In this document: positions 19,862 through 28,380 of the stretch, in pieces | Layout: every line of letters begins with the position of its first letter | Position numbering within the stretch: position 1 is the first letter of the stretch | Source of the DNA: an uncultured bacterium | GTDB taxonomy: Bacteria > Actinomycetota > Actinomycetes > S36-B12 | Assembly (NCBI GenBank): GCA_963700255.1 | Contig: CAVOWW010000023.1 | Span: forward strand, 42,963 to 106,962 | DNA length: 64,000 bases | Direction: 5' to 3' | The notes under the pieces: generated by a model | What the model saw: only the letters and a program-made list of their open reading frames with translations | The model's database searches: none | Told to the model about the DNA's origin: nothing | Position numbers and translations under genes: made by a program

Positions 19862-19891
19862 AACCTAGGGAGTGCGGAACCGCGGAGTCAA
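19862..19891 (-). promoter_or_regulatory. Putative sigma-70-type promoter (TTGACT-18 nt-TAGGTT)
   Basis: The minus strand reads gcgTTGACTccgcggttccgcactcccTAGGTTcagg. It has a good -35 box, an 18-nt spacer and a TAnnnT -10 box. It lies about 235 nt upstream of the GTG at 19627. Confidence 0.5.
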
Positions 19892-19919
19892 CGCGAATGG
19901 CGATAGTCGTTCACCGACC

Positions 19920-20060
19920 CTGTGGACGACCTGTGCATGCCCTGTTGACGACCTCGCGTGTCGCTGTGGACGGCAGGTGCATAGTGCTGGGGACGAACCT
20001 GAGGATGACTGTCCCGCCCCCGCTCTGACCAGCGGAAACACCGTGCCCAGCCTGTGGACA
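19920..20060. promoter_or_regulatory. Three same-orientation CTGTGGAC boxes (minus strand: TCGTCCACAG, CCGTCCACAG, TTGTCCACAG)
   Basis: The boxes lie at 19920-19928, 19964-19973 and 20052-20060. The first two sit in a 22-nt imperfect direct repeat, CTGTGGACGnCnnGTGCAT. The third equals the actinobacterial DnaA-box consensus TTGTCCACA. Confidence 0.4.
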
Positions 20061-20078
20061 AGAAATACTTACGGGCGC

Positions 20079-20963
20079 TTACCTGCCGTTCACCCTGCGG
20101 ACGAGTCGCAGGTCGCCGCTCACCTTGGCGTAGCCCATCGATGCGTTCAGCGCGCGCATGCGCTCGTTGCGCTCCTCATTGGTCGTCCGCACCGAACGGG
20201 CACCGGACTCGAACGCGTACCTGTGCACGGCCTGCTTGGCGGCCCGCGCCAGCCCCCGCCCGCGCGCCCGCGGGGAACTGCCGGTGAAGCCGATGAACCA
20301 CGGCCCCTCGCTCGTCGGCATCAGCGACGAGCCGGCGAGCACGCCGTCGGCGTCCACGATGAGCACCCAGACCAGGTCGGGGGCCATCTGCAGGAGGATG
20401 CCGTTGGTGATCCGGGACCCGTAGATCTCCACCTCGGGGTAGTCGCCCACCTGGCCGAGGAAGCCGTCCACGTCCAGCCCGGATGCCGCCACATCGGCAC
20501 CCGTCACCATCCGGGCCACCACCCCGTCGGGCAGGACGGGGTCGGGCGGACGCACGTCGAGGTCGAGAACCGAGTCGACGCCATGCCCGAGCACCTCGAA
20601 GCCCCAGTGGCGGGCGATCGCGAGCGAGTGCTCGTCATGGTCCGGCATCCCCGAGCCGGCATCCGCCTGCTCGACGAGTGGCAGCAGCTCGGCGTACATC
20701 GCCGCGCCCAGACCCAGCCCCCGATGGCTCGGGTCCAGCAGGACGAGGATGGACGGGTAGGGCAGTCCCTCGGGGTCGTTGACCCCGCCGAAGCCGATCC
20801 GCTCGCCACCCGCCTCGGCCACGATCAGCCGGCGTAGCGGGGCTGCCTCGCCCGTCACGATCCGGCGCCATCCCTCAGGCGGCAGGCCCGGGTCCCAGTC
20901 GTGCAGGAGGCCGACGGCCCAGTCGACGTCGTCGTCGGTGAGGTCCCTGATCCTCGCGGTCAT
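20079..20963 (-). CDS. Two-domain GNAT family N-acetyltransferase
   Basis: A 294-aa protein with two acetyl-CoA-binding-type motifs (…HRGLGLGAAMYAEL… and …RARGRGLARAAKQAV…). Confidence 0.8.
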   Translation of the reverse strand: MTARIRDLTDDDVDWAVGLLHDWDPGLPPEGWRRIVTGEAAPLRRLIVAEAGGERIGFGGVNDPEGLPYPSILVLLDPSHRGLGLGAAMYAELLPLVEQADAGSGMPDHDEHSLAIARHWGFEVLGHGVDSVLDLDVRPPDPVLPDGVVARMVTGADVAASGLDVDGFLGQVGDYPEVEIYGSRITNGILLQMAPDLVWVLIVDADGVLAGSSLMPTSEGPWFIGFTGSSPRARGRGLARAAKQAVHRYAFESGARSVRTTNEERNERMRALNASMGYAKVSGDLRLVRRVNGR

Positions 20964-20976
20964 GGACCGCAGTGTC

Positions 20977-21528
20977 CTACCGCTCCAGCGCGTTGTCGAT
21001 GAGTGCGCGCACGCTCGGATCCACCGGATCGGGCAGGGCGTCGACGTCGAACCACCGCAGGTCGTCCGACTCGTCGCTCATGACCTCCTGCGCGTCCGCA
21101 GGGACCAGCGCGAGGTACTGCACGTCGAGGTGCTCGCTCATGGCGCCGCCGCACGGCACGGGGTGACGGTCCAGCCGCAGGGGCATCACGGAGATCGTCA
21201 CGTCGGCGATGCCGCCCTCCTCGACGGTCTCGCGGCGCGCGGCCGCGCGAAGCGACGCGTCCTCCGGCTCGACATGGCCGCCCAGCTGGAGCCAGCGCCC
21301 CACCTTGGGATGCAGCGTCAGCAGCACGCGCGTGCGGTGCTCGTCCATCACCAGCGCGCTCGCCGTGAGGTGGCCGACTCGGCACTCACGCGACATGGCA
21401 TCACGGTGCTCGCGCAGGAAGACCAGGTACGCGTCGCGCAGGACGCGTTGCTGGGGCTCGGCATGGTCCCAGCCGCCGAGGACGGTCGCGGCGTCGTTGT
21501 GCAGCCGCTCGAAGGCGAGGTCGGTCAC
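20977..21528 (-). CDS. NUDIX hydrolase
   Basis: The Nudix box is GGHVEPEDASLRAAARRETVEEGGI. The start overlaps the upstream stop. Confidence 0.88.
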   Translation of the reverse strand: MTDLAFERLHNDAATVLGGWDHAEPQQRVLRDAYLVFLREHRDAMSRECRVGHLTASALVMDEHRTRVLLTLHPKVGRWLQLGGHVEPEDASLRAAARRETVEEGGIADVTISVMPLRLDRHPVPCGGAMSEHLDVQYLALVPADAQEVMSDESDDLRWFDVDALPDPVDPSVRALIDNALER

Positions 21529-22964
21529 GCGCCGGTGGGCTGGTCGTCGCCCGGATCGTCGGCCGCGGGGCCGTCGTCCAGGCCGCCGAGGTCATCGGGC
21601 ACCTCGAACTCGAGCTCGGTCACGTTGCCCTCGATGAAGCCGAGGGGGTCGGCGAGGTCGTCCGGACCGGGCAGGAGGTCGGGGTGCGCCCACAGGGCGT
21701 CGCGTGCCTCCAGGCCGCGGCCGGCACGGACGACGGCGAACAGGGTCGCCGCCTCGCGGGCCAGTCGCGGGCGCAGCTCCATGCCGACGAGCGTGGCGAA
21801 CGTCTTCTCCGCGGGACCACCGGCGGCACGTCGACGGCGCATCGTCTCGCGCAGCTGGACCGCCGACGGCAGCCGATCCGCGATCGCCTGGTCGACGACG
21901 TCGTCGACCCAGCCCTCGACGAGGGCGAGCAGCGTCTCCAGCCGGGCGACAGCCGCGCGCTGCTCCTCCGTGTCCTCCGGCTGGAGCAGGCCGCTGCCCA
22001 TCAGCTGCTGCAGGGCCTCGGGGTTGCTCATGTCGATGTCGCCCATGGCCTCCTGCAGGCGCGACTGGTCGACGCGCACGCCGCGCGCGTACTCCTCGAC
22101 AGCTCCGATCATCCGCGGGCGCAGCCATGACACGTGCGCGAACAGCCGCTGGTGCGCGGACTCGCGCAGCGCGAGGTACAGGCGCACATCGTCGACCCCG
22201 ATACCGAGGCCCGCGCTGAACGCGTCGACGTTGCGCGGCAGCAGCGCAGGCTGGGCGTCACTGGTGAGCGGGATGCCGATGTCCGACGCACTGACGACAT
22301 CGGAGGCGAGGGCAGCGAGCGCCTGGCCGAGCTGCATGCTGAACGCAGCAGCACCGAGCTGCTGCAGCATGCCGAGCATCGGCGCCATCATCTGCGCCAT
22401 CTCCGGCGGCAGCCCGCCGGGGAACATGTCGCGGAACTGCTCAGGCAGGTTGTCGTTCAGGGTCGTCAGGTCGAGGTCCTGGCCGGGCAGCGACTGGCCG
22501 ACGACCTGCTGCATGTGCTCCGCGATCGGCCGCACGACCTGCCGCCACACCGGCGTGGTGGCCTCGAGCCACTCCGAGCGGCTCCACGCACCGGGGGTCG
22601 CCGTCGTCGACGGGAAGGTCACTGCCGGGTCGAGCCAGACGTCAGCCAGGTGCACGGCCTCGGTGACCGCGCGACGGTCGGCGTCGCCCACCGACGGGTC
22701 GCCCGCCTGCACGAGCGCCTTGCGCGCGACGTCGGTGACCATCGCCCAGTTCACCGGGCCGCCGGCGTCGGGGCCGCTCTGGCCGGCCTGGATCATCGCG
22801 CCGAGCTGCTGGAGCGCGGCGCCGAGGTTGTTCATGTCGAAGCCGCCGGGGCCACCGCCGAAGCCGAAGCCGCCCGGACCGCCGGGCCCTCCGGAGCCGG
22901 AGCCACCGGAGCCCTCGCCCCCATCGGAGCCATCACTCATGCCGAAGCCGAACGGAACACTCAT
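21525..22964 (-). CDS. Zincin-like (DUF2342/TIGR03624-type) putative metalloprotease, Rv3195-like
   Basis: A 479-aa protein with a Gly-rich N-terminus and family-typical …LYLALRESAHQRLFAHVSWLRPRM…. The family assignment is from memory, and the expected HExxH reads RESAH (see findings). Confidence 0.6.
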   Translation of the reverse strand: MSVPFGFGMSDGSDGGEGSGGSGSGGPGGPGGFGFGGGPGGFDMNNLGAALQQLGAMIQAGQSGPDAGGPVNWAMVTDVARKALVQAGDPSVGDADRRAVTEAVHLADVWLDPAVTFPSTTATPGAWSRSEWLEATTPVWRQVVRPIAEHMQQVVGQSLPGQDLDLTTLNDNLPEQFRDMFPGGLPPEMAQMMAPMLGMLQQLGAAAFSMQLGQALAALASDVVSASDIGIPLTSDAQPALLPRNVDAFSAGLGIGVDDVRLYLALRESAHQRLFAHVSWLRPRMIGAVEEYARGVRVDQSRLQEAMGDIDMSNPEALQQLMGSGLLQPEDTEEQRAAVARLETLLALVEGWVDDVVDQAIADRLPSAVQLRETMRRRRAAGGPAEKTFATLVGMELRPRLAREAATLFAVVRAGRGLEARDALWAHPDLLPGPDDLADPLGFIEGNVTELEFEVPDDLGGLDDGPAADDPGDDQPTGA

Positions 22965-23042
22965 GGTTCAACGGTATACGGCCGCTGCGGCGGCACGACC
23001 CGTCCGTCGCCCCTGCCTCGTTCGCCCTCAGCGAGACCCCTT

Positions 23043-23110
23043 CCTGCCGAGTGGCGAGTTGTCGGGGGGATGAGCCGCCGCCGCACCCCGACAACTCGCC
23101 ACTCGGCAGG
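23043..23110. repeat. Perfect 25-bp inverted repeat with an 18-nt spacer
   Basis: CCTGCCGAGTGGCGAGTTGTCGGGG-ggatgagccgccgccgca-CCCCGACAACTCGCCACTCGGCAGG. It lies in the divergent intergenic region between 22964 (-) and 23149 (+) and ends 2 nt before a TTGACA hexamer. Confidence 0.9.
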
Positions 23111-23148
23111 GCATTGACAGGGGGACTGGCCGGGGCGAGGGTCTCGGC

Positions 23149-23538
23149 ATGCGCATCTGGCCCACGACGGACGGCGCGCGTGCCGCCTGGTCGGCCGTCA
23201 TGCTCGGCGCCGTCGCATCGGCCCTGCTCTCCGGGTGCGCCACCGGGTCCACCGCAACCATGCTGGTCACCGGGCGGGTCGATCTCGGGCCGCTGTGCCC
23301 GGTGGAACGAGCGGACTCGCCCTGCCCCGTCCCACCCGAGGCGTTCGCGGGCGTCGAGGCGGTTGCCACCTCCGGCGCGGACGAGGCACGCGTCCCCGTC
23401 GCCTCGGACGGGAGCTTCACGCTCTCCCTCGCAGAGGGGTCCTGGCAGGTGACGTCCACCGCGGGGATGTCCTGCACGCCCCTCACCGTGAGCGCGCCCG
23501 GGCCGGTCGTCATCACCTGCGACACCGGCATCCGCTAG
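23149..23538 (+). CDS. Putative lipoprotein (lipobox LLSGC)
   Basis: …AAWSAVMLGAVASALLSGCATGS… is a signal peptide plus lipobox. The 129-aa protein is Cys-containing. Confidence 0.65.
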   Translation: MRIWPTTDGARAAWSAVMLGAVASALLSGCATGSTATMLVTGRVDLGPLCPVERADSPCPVPPEAFAGVEAVATSGADEARVPVASDGSFTLSLAEGSWQVTSTAGMSCTPLTVSAPGPVVITCDTGIR

Positions 23539-23567
23539 CCGCTCGGCGGACAGGGCGCCGGACAAAG

Positions 23568-23601
23568 GACGAGGGGGCGACCCGTAGGTCGCCCCCTCGT
23601 C
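23568..23601. terminator. Bidirectional intrinsic-terminator-like hairpin between convergent genes
   Basis: A perfect 15-bp stem, GACGAGGGGGCGACC-cgta-GGTCGCCCCCTCGTC, lies between the stops at 23538 (+) and 23628 (-). Confidence 0.7.
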
Positions 23602-23627
23602 ACGCGCTCAGGGCGCGAGGTGTCGGA

Positions 23628-23783
23628 TCAGGCCTTGCCCAGGATGCGGGTCACCTTGGTGCCGCAGACGGGGCAGATGCCCTTGGCGAAGCGACGGCCG
23701 TTCGTCTCCTCGACGTGGCCGGTGAACTCCCGCTTCTCCTTGCACTTCACGCAGTACGCCTCGCCGGTGTAGCTCTCGGCCAT
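23628..23783 (-). CDS. DUF5679-type zinc-ribbon protein
   Basis: MAESYTGEAYCVKCKEKREF…GICPVCGTKVTRILGKA carries two CxxC pairs. AGGAGG lies 6 nt upstream of the ATG. Confidence 0.8.
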   Translation of the reverse strand: MAESYTGEAYCVKCKEKREFTGHVEETNGRRFAKGICPVCGTKVTRILGKA

Positions 23784-23950
23784 GGGGCCCTCCTGTTTAT
23801 CCGTCAGTTCCGCGTGGCCGCGGTCGGCGGCTGGTGCCACCGGGTGTGCTCTTCACCCTAGGGCAGCCCTCGGGCCATTCCGGCCAGCCAAGGCCCTCGC
23901 CCCGCGCGTTTTCCGCCGAATCCTGTGGATAACTTGCGACATTTGGGATA

Positions 23951-24740
23951 TTAGGGATACTCGCGGTAGCACCAGGTGCTTGGCATCCCGTCCGCCCACG
24001 TGGCGGCGGTCGGCAGCGACACCACCGCCTCGGGGCCGCAGAGATCCGTCGCCCGCTCCCTCAGGACCAGCCGGCCGGGGAAGTCGTCGTAGAACGCGGT
24101 CCACATGATCCACGACCGCACCTGCCAGCGGGGGCGGCTGGAGCAGGGGACGGTCACGGCCGGTGCGAGGGCGCCGCGACCGTCGTCGGCGGACGCGCAG
24201 TAGCGCAGGGACGCGCGCTCGCGGCGGCTCAGTCTCTCGATCGAAGAGGTGAGGGGCACCGCGGCCGGCGGGCGGCGGCCGTCGAGCGCGACCGCTACCG
24301 CGCCGCACACGTAGCTCGGCGGCGACTGCCGCACCGCGTAGGCGCGCGCCTCGATCCGCAACGGGTTCTCGACGATGCCGGCGACCGGACGGTTGACCCC
24401 CACCGCGTTCCACACGTCCAGCGCACCGCAGTGCTCCGCAGCGAACTCGAAGGCGTTGACGTCCATCGGGAGCGGGGCCGCCTCGGTCACCTCGAACGTG
24501 TGCGGCTCGCTGCACGCAACGGGATCGGCCTCGGACCAGTAGCCGTCGGCACCGGCGGCCGTCGCCCCAGGCGAGGGTGCCGACCTGGATGCGCGCGTCG
24601 CTCAGGTCGTAGCACTCCCCGACCGTCGGAGCAGGCGGGGTGGCCGGGCTGCTCGCCGGCGTCGCGCTCACGGGAGCCGCGAGCAGGGCTCCGGTGGGGA
24701 TGACGAGGGCAGCGAGCAGCAGGACGCCCGCACGACGCAT
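23951..24740 (-). pseudogene. Secreted septum-formation-family-like protein, frameshifted near 24565
   Basis: A signal peptide plus start of the domain (MRRAGVLLLAALVIPTGALLAAPVSA…VGECYDLSDARIQVGTLAWG) is in one frame. The continuation (…ADGYWSEADPVACSEPHTFEVTEAAPLP…WADGMPSTWCYREYP*) is in another. AGGAGG lies upstream of the ATG at 24740. Confidence 0.55.
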
Positions 24741-24770
24741 CGCCCCTCCTGTCATCGGAACCGTCCGATC

Positions 24771-26100
24771 ATGGCGGCACCCGACGGCGCGCACAAGGGC
24801 GCGCACGGGCAGGATGCCTCCGTGACCCAGACCCCTCCCGTGAGCCAGACCCCTCCCGTGAGCATCGACGAGGACGCCCTCCTCTCGGACCTGATGGACC
24901 TGCTGCGGATCCCGTCCGTGAGCGGGAGCCCCGCCGAGCTCGACGTGCAGGAGCACCTCGCCGCCGCGTGGCGCGGGGACGGCTACGACGTCGACCGCTG
25001 GGACATCGATGTCGAGGGCCTCCAGAACGACCCGCAGTTCCCCGGCATGGAGGTCGACCGCACCGCGGCCATCGGCCTGACAGCGACCCTCGCGGGCGAC
25101 GGGACGGGTCCCACGCTGATGCTGAACGGCCACACCGACGTCGTCCCCCCGGGCGACATCGACGCCTGGAGCGGCGACCCGTTCGCACCGCGACTCATGA
25201 CGGTCGACGGGAGCGAGCGCATCGTGGCGCGCGGAGCCTGCGACATGAAGGCCGGAGTCGTGGCGATGTGGCACGCCGTCCGAGCGGTCAAGGCCGCCCG
25301 AATCCCACTTGCGCGGCAACGTGATCCTGGCCTCGGTGTCGGGCGAGGAGGACGGTGGCCTCGGCACGTTCGCCCTCCTGCGCCACGGAGTCAAGGCCGA
25401 CATGTGCATCGTCCCTGAGCCCACCTCGATGGACCTCATCCCGGCGAACGGGGGCGCCCTCACCTTCCGGCTGACCGTGCGCGGCCTGGCCACGCACGCG
25501 GCCCGCCGTACCGAGGGTGTCAGCGCGATCGAGAAGTTCTATCCGGTCCTGCTGGCCCTGCTGGATCTCGAGCGACGCCGCAACGCCGAGGTCGACGTCG
25601 TCATGCGTCGGTGGCCGCTGGCCTACCCGCTGTCGATCGGCACGATCGCCGCCGGCGACTGGGCATCGACGGTGCCGGACCTGCTCACTGCGGACGGCCG
25701 CCTGGGCGTCGCCCTCGGCGAGACGATCGAGCAGGCCCGCGCCGCGCTCGAGGCCACGGTGGCCGACGCCTGTGCGGCGGATCCGTGGCTGGCCGACCAT
25801 CCGGTCGAGGTGACCTGGTGGGGCGGGCAGTTCGCGTCCGGCCGCACCCCGGCGGACTCCCCCGTCATCGACCTCGTCGCTGGCATCCATCGCGATCTCA
25901 CCGGCCGGGAGCCGCAGGTCTACGGCGGCCCGTACGGCTCCGACCTCCGCCTGCTCATGGGGCTGGGGGGAATCCCGACCGTGCAGTACGGCCCGGGCGA
26001 CGCCGCGGCCGCCCACGCGCCCGATGAGTGGGTGCCGGTCGATGAGGTCCTCACGACCGCGCGGGCCCTCGTCCAGGTGATCCTGCGCGTCTGCGGCTGA
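24771..26100 (+). pseudogene. M20 family peptidase (ArgE/DapE-like), frameshifted near 25307
   Basis: ORF 24771-25418 carries …LMLNGHTDVVPPGD…RGACDMKAGVVAMWHAVRAVKAARIPL. ORF 25309-26100, in another frame, continues with RGNVILASVSGEEDGGLG…. Together they make a full-length M20 protein. A GTG at 24822 is an alternative start. Confidence 0.75.
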
Positions 26101-26178
26101 TCGGGTCAGGGCCGGGAACAGGCCGTCCGATACCCCACCCGAGGGGCTGACGACGGTCAGCCCGGCTGGGGGAACGGC

Positions 26179-26754
26179 ATGGCGATCATCCGGAAGCGCG
26201 CCCCGTCCGGCAAGGCACCCGCGGGCCTGTCCACGGCCGGCAACACCACGGCCGTCGAGACCGTCAGCAAGGGCAGCAGGGCCGTGCGGACCCACGTCCA
26301 CTACGCCCCGCTGTTCGTGCTCGCCCAGGACTACGACGACACGATGCGCTCGCTGCGGGCAGCACTCGACCCCGCGGAGTTCGCCGGCCTCTCCCACGAG
26401 GACGGCATGACCCTCACGATGTTCACCAGCGTCGCCTCGGTGCTCAACGACATGGTCCAGCGCAGTGACCTCATCGCCCGGGCGTCACGCTCGCCCGAGG
26501 GCGTCGCCGACAACATGTCCGTGGAGTCGCTCGAGGCCCGGCAGGCCACCGAGCGCGCGCTCGTCAACGAGGCACGGGCCGCGATCGAGGCGGACATCGC
26601 CACGCTGCGGGCAAGGCTGGCCGAGACCAAGGTCGAGTACCGCGCGGAGACGGCACGACAGCTGCTCGACGTCGCCCCCTACCCGCAGCCTGGGTCGGCC
26701 GCCGCGGAGCTGTCCGTCCTGCTGAGCAGCAACCGCACCCGCCACCGCGGGTAG
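26179..26754 (+). CDS. Hypothetical protein
   Basis: A 191-aa ORF with host-like codon bias and a predicted helical C-terminal half. I recognise no motif. Confidence 0.5.
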   Translation: MAIIRKRAPSGKAPAGLSTAGNTTAVETVSKGSRAVRTHVHYAPLFVLAQDYDDTMRSLRAALDPAEFAGLSHEDGMTLTMFTSVASVLNDMVQRSDLIARASRSPEGVADNMSVESLEARQATERALVNEARAAIEADIATLRARLAETKVEYRAETARQLLDVAPYPQPGSAAAELSVLLSSNRTRHRG

Positions 26755-26778
26755 TCGCCCCGAGCCGGGAGGGGCGGG

Positions 26779-28380
26779 TCAGGCGGTTCGCACCGACCCG
26801 TCGGGCAGCACGACGCCCACCGAGCCCGTCCGCCGGGCGTCCCCCACGGCCTCGACCGCGCCGTCGGGTGCACGCCGGACTGCGTGCACGCCCCCGAAGA
26901 AGAGGTTGCGCTGCGGCCACGGCTCGAGGCCGGGCCAGCCGCGGCGCCGGGCCAGCTCGGCGAGTTCGACGAGATCGCGGTCGGCGAGTCCCGGCTCGAG
27001 GTGGACCGGCCCGGTGCCGGTGAGGTGGATGCGGGGAGCATCGACCGCGGCGGCCAGCGGCCGGCCTTCGTCGATCAGCCGGACCAGGACATCCAGAAGC
27101 GCGGAGCGGATCCGCTCGCTGCCTCCGGTGCCGAGAACGGTGCGCGAACCGTCGGCGAGCTCCACCAGCGTCGGCGCCATCATCGATCCCATCCGCGCGC
27201 CCGGCGGCAGCGCCGATCCGTCGGCCGGGCGCAGATCCTCCTCCCCCAGCATGTTGTTGAGCGCGACTCCCCACCGCGGAACGACGGTGCCCGATCCGGA
27301 GCCGTTGGACGTGGTGAGAGCGACGAAGCCGCCGTCCGCATCGACCACGGACACATGGGTCGTGCCCGTCGGCACCTGGCCGGGACCCCGCTGGGCCTGC
27401 GTCGCGTCGGCGAGGGCCTCCGCCACCTCAGCCCAGCGGACGGGCGTTCCGCCGGAGAACTCCGGCAGGCGGGCCAGCGCTCCGGTCACGATGGCGCCGC
27501 CGACCGACGGCGGCGGGTTCGTCCAGACCCGCGCACCGGACCGCTCGATCACCAGCGGATCGCGGCCCAGGGCTCGGTAGGCCTCGAGATCGGAGCTGGT
27601 CAGGAGGCCGCCGCCGGTGTGCGAGCCCTCGAGGAGTGCGTCGCCGACGTCATGATCCGCAAGCCCGAGGATGTGGCCCGCCCCGATCGCCTCGAGCAGG
27701 TCGGCGTAGCGGTGGTTGACGTATTGGCCGGTGCGCACGGCCTCGTCGAACACGCGGGCGCTCTCGGGCGTCAGGTCGAGCAGGTCGCCGACCAGGTGCA
27801 TGAAGGTGCGCTGCCCGGCGGAGAGCTGCACTCCCCTTCGGGCGAGGGCGATCGCCGGTGCGACGACCTGCGCGAGCGGAAGCCGGCCCCCGCGCCCGTG
27901 CGCCTCGAGGTAGCCGCTGAGGCAGCCCGGTACCGCCACCGTGCCCCAGCCGCCGTGGAACACCTGCTCGCTGCTCGCTGCCGCGGAGCCGGTGCGCGCG
28001 AAGTCGACGACCACCGTCTCCATGTGCGTCGCGACGGGGCCGCCGCCGATGCCGGGCACGTTGACGAAGAAGTCGAGCACCTCCGGCTCGGCATCAGCCC
28101 GTGCGGAGAGCAGGAACCCGCCACCCCCGAGGCTGGCAAGGGCCGGCTCGCTCATCACGGCCGCGAAGGCGGCCGCGATGGCGGCATCGACCGCGGATCC
28201 GCCCGCCTGCAGGGTCCACATCGCCGCGGCGACGACCTCCTGCGAACCGCCGGCCGCACCGGCGGTTCCGGGCGGTCCCTCGACGCGGGCGGCTGCTGTC
28301 GTCACACGCGGGACGCTACCGGGCGCGGTGTGCCACGCTTCCCCGATGACCGCCATCGCCCGACTCGTGTGGACTGCCAT
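26779..28380 (-). CDS. Gamma-glutamyltransferase family protein
   Basis: …QVPTGTTHVSVVDADGGFVALTTSNGSGSG… carries the catalytic Thr region, and the protein has GGT-like N- and C-terminal halves. The start is uncertain: 28380, 28356 or 28305. Confidence 0.8.
   Translation of the reverse strand: MAVHTSRAMAVIGEAWHTAPGSVPRVTTAAARVEGPPGTAGAAGGSQEVVAAAMWTLQAGGSAVDAAIAAAFAAVMSEPALASLGGGGFLLSARADAEPEVLDFFVNVPGIGGGPVATHMETVVVDFARTGSAAASSEQVFHGGWGTVAVPGCLSGYLEAHGRGGRLPLAQVVAPAIALARRGVQLSAGQRTFMHLVGDLLDLTPESARVFDEAVRTGQYVNHRYADLLEAIGAGHILGLADHDVGDALLEGSHTGGGLLTSSDLEAYRALGRDPLVIERSGARVWTNPPPSVGGAIVTGALARLPEFSGGTPVRWAEVAEALADATQAQRGPGQVPTGTTHVSVVDADGGFVALTTSNGSGSGTVVPRWGVALNNMLGEEDLRPADGSALPPGARMGSMMAPTLVELADGSRTVLGTGGSERIRSALLDVLVRLIDEGRPLAAAVDAPRIHLTGTGPVHLEPGLADRDLVELAELARRRGWPGLEPWPQRNLFFGGVHAVRRAPDGAVEAVGDARRTGSVGVVLPDGSVRTA

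Noticed and set aside
19920-20060. The DnaA-box-like cluster might mark the chromosomal origin (oriC).
   Set aside because: There is no dnaA, dnaN, recF, gyrB or rpmH nearby. Only three boxes are present and there is no AT-rich unwinding element. Similar boxes are scattered at 23.9 kb and 29.8 kb. A transcription-regulatory role, or chance, is more plausible.
28346-28380. There is an apparent 35-nt head-to-head overlap between the GGT-family gene and the VOC gene.
   Set aside because: It is most likely an artefact of taking the longest ORF for the GGT gene. Internal starts at 28356 or 28305 precede the conserved region and remove the overlap.
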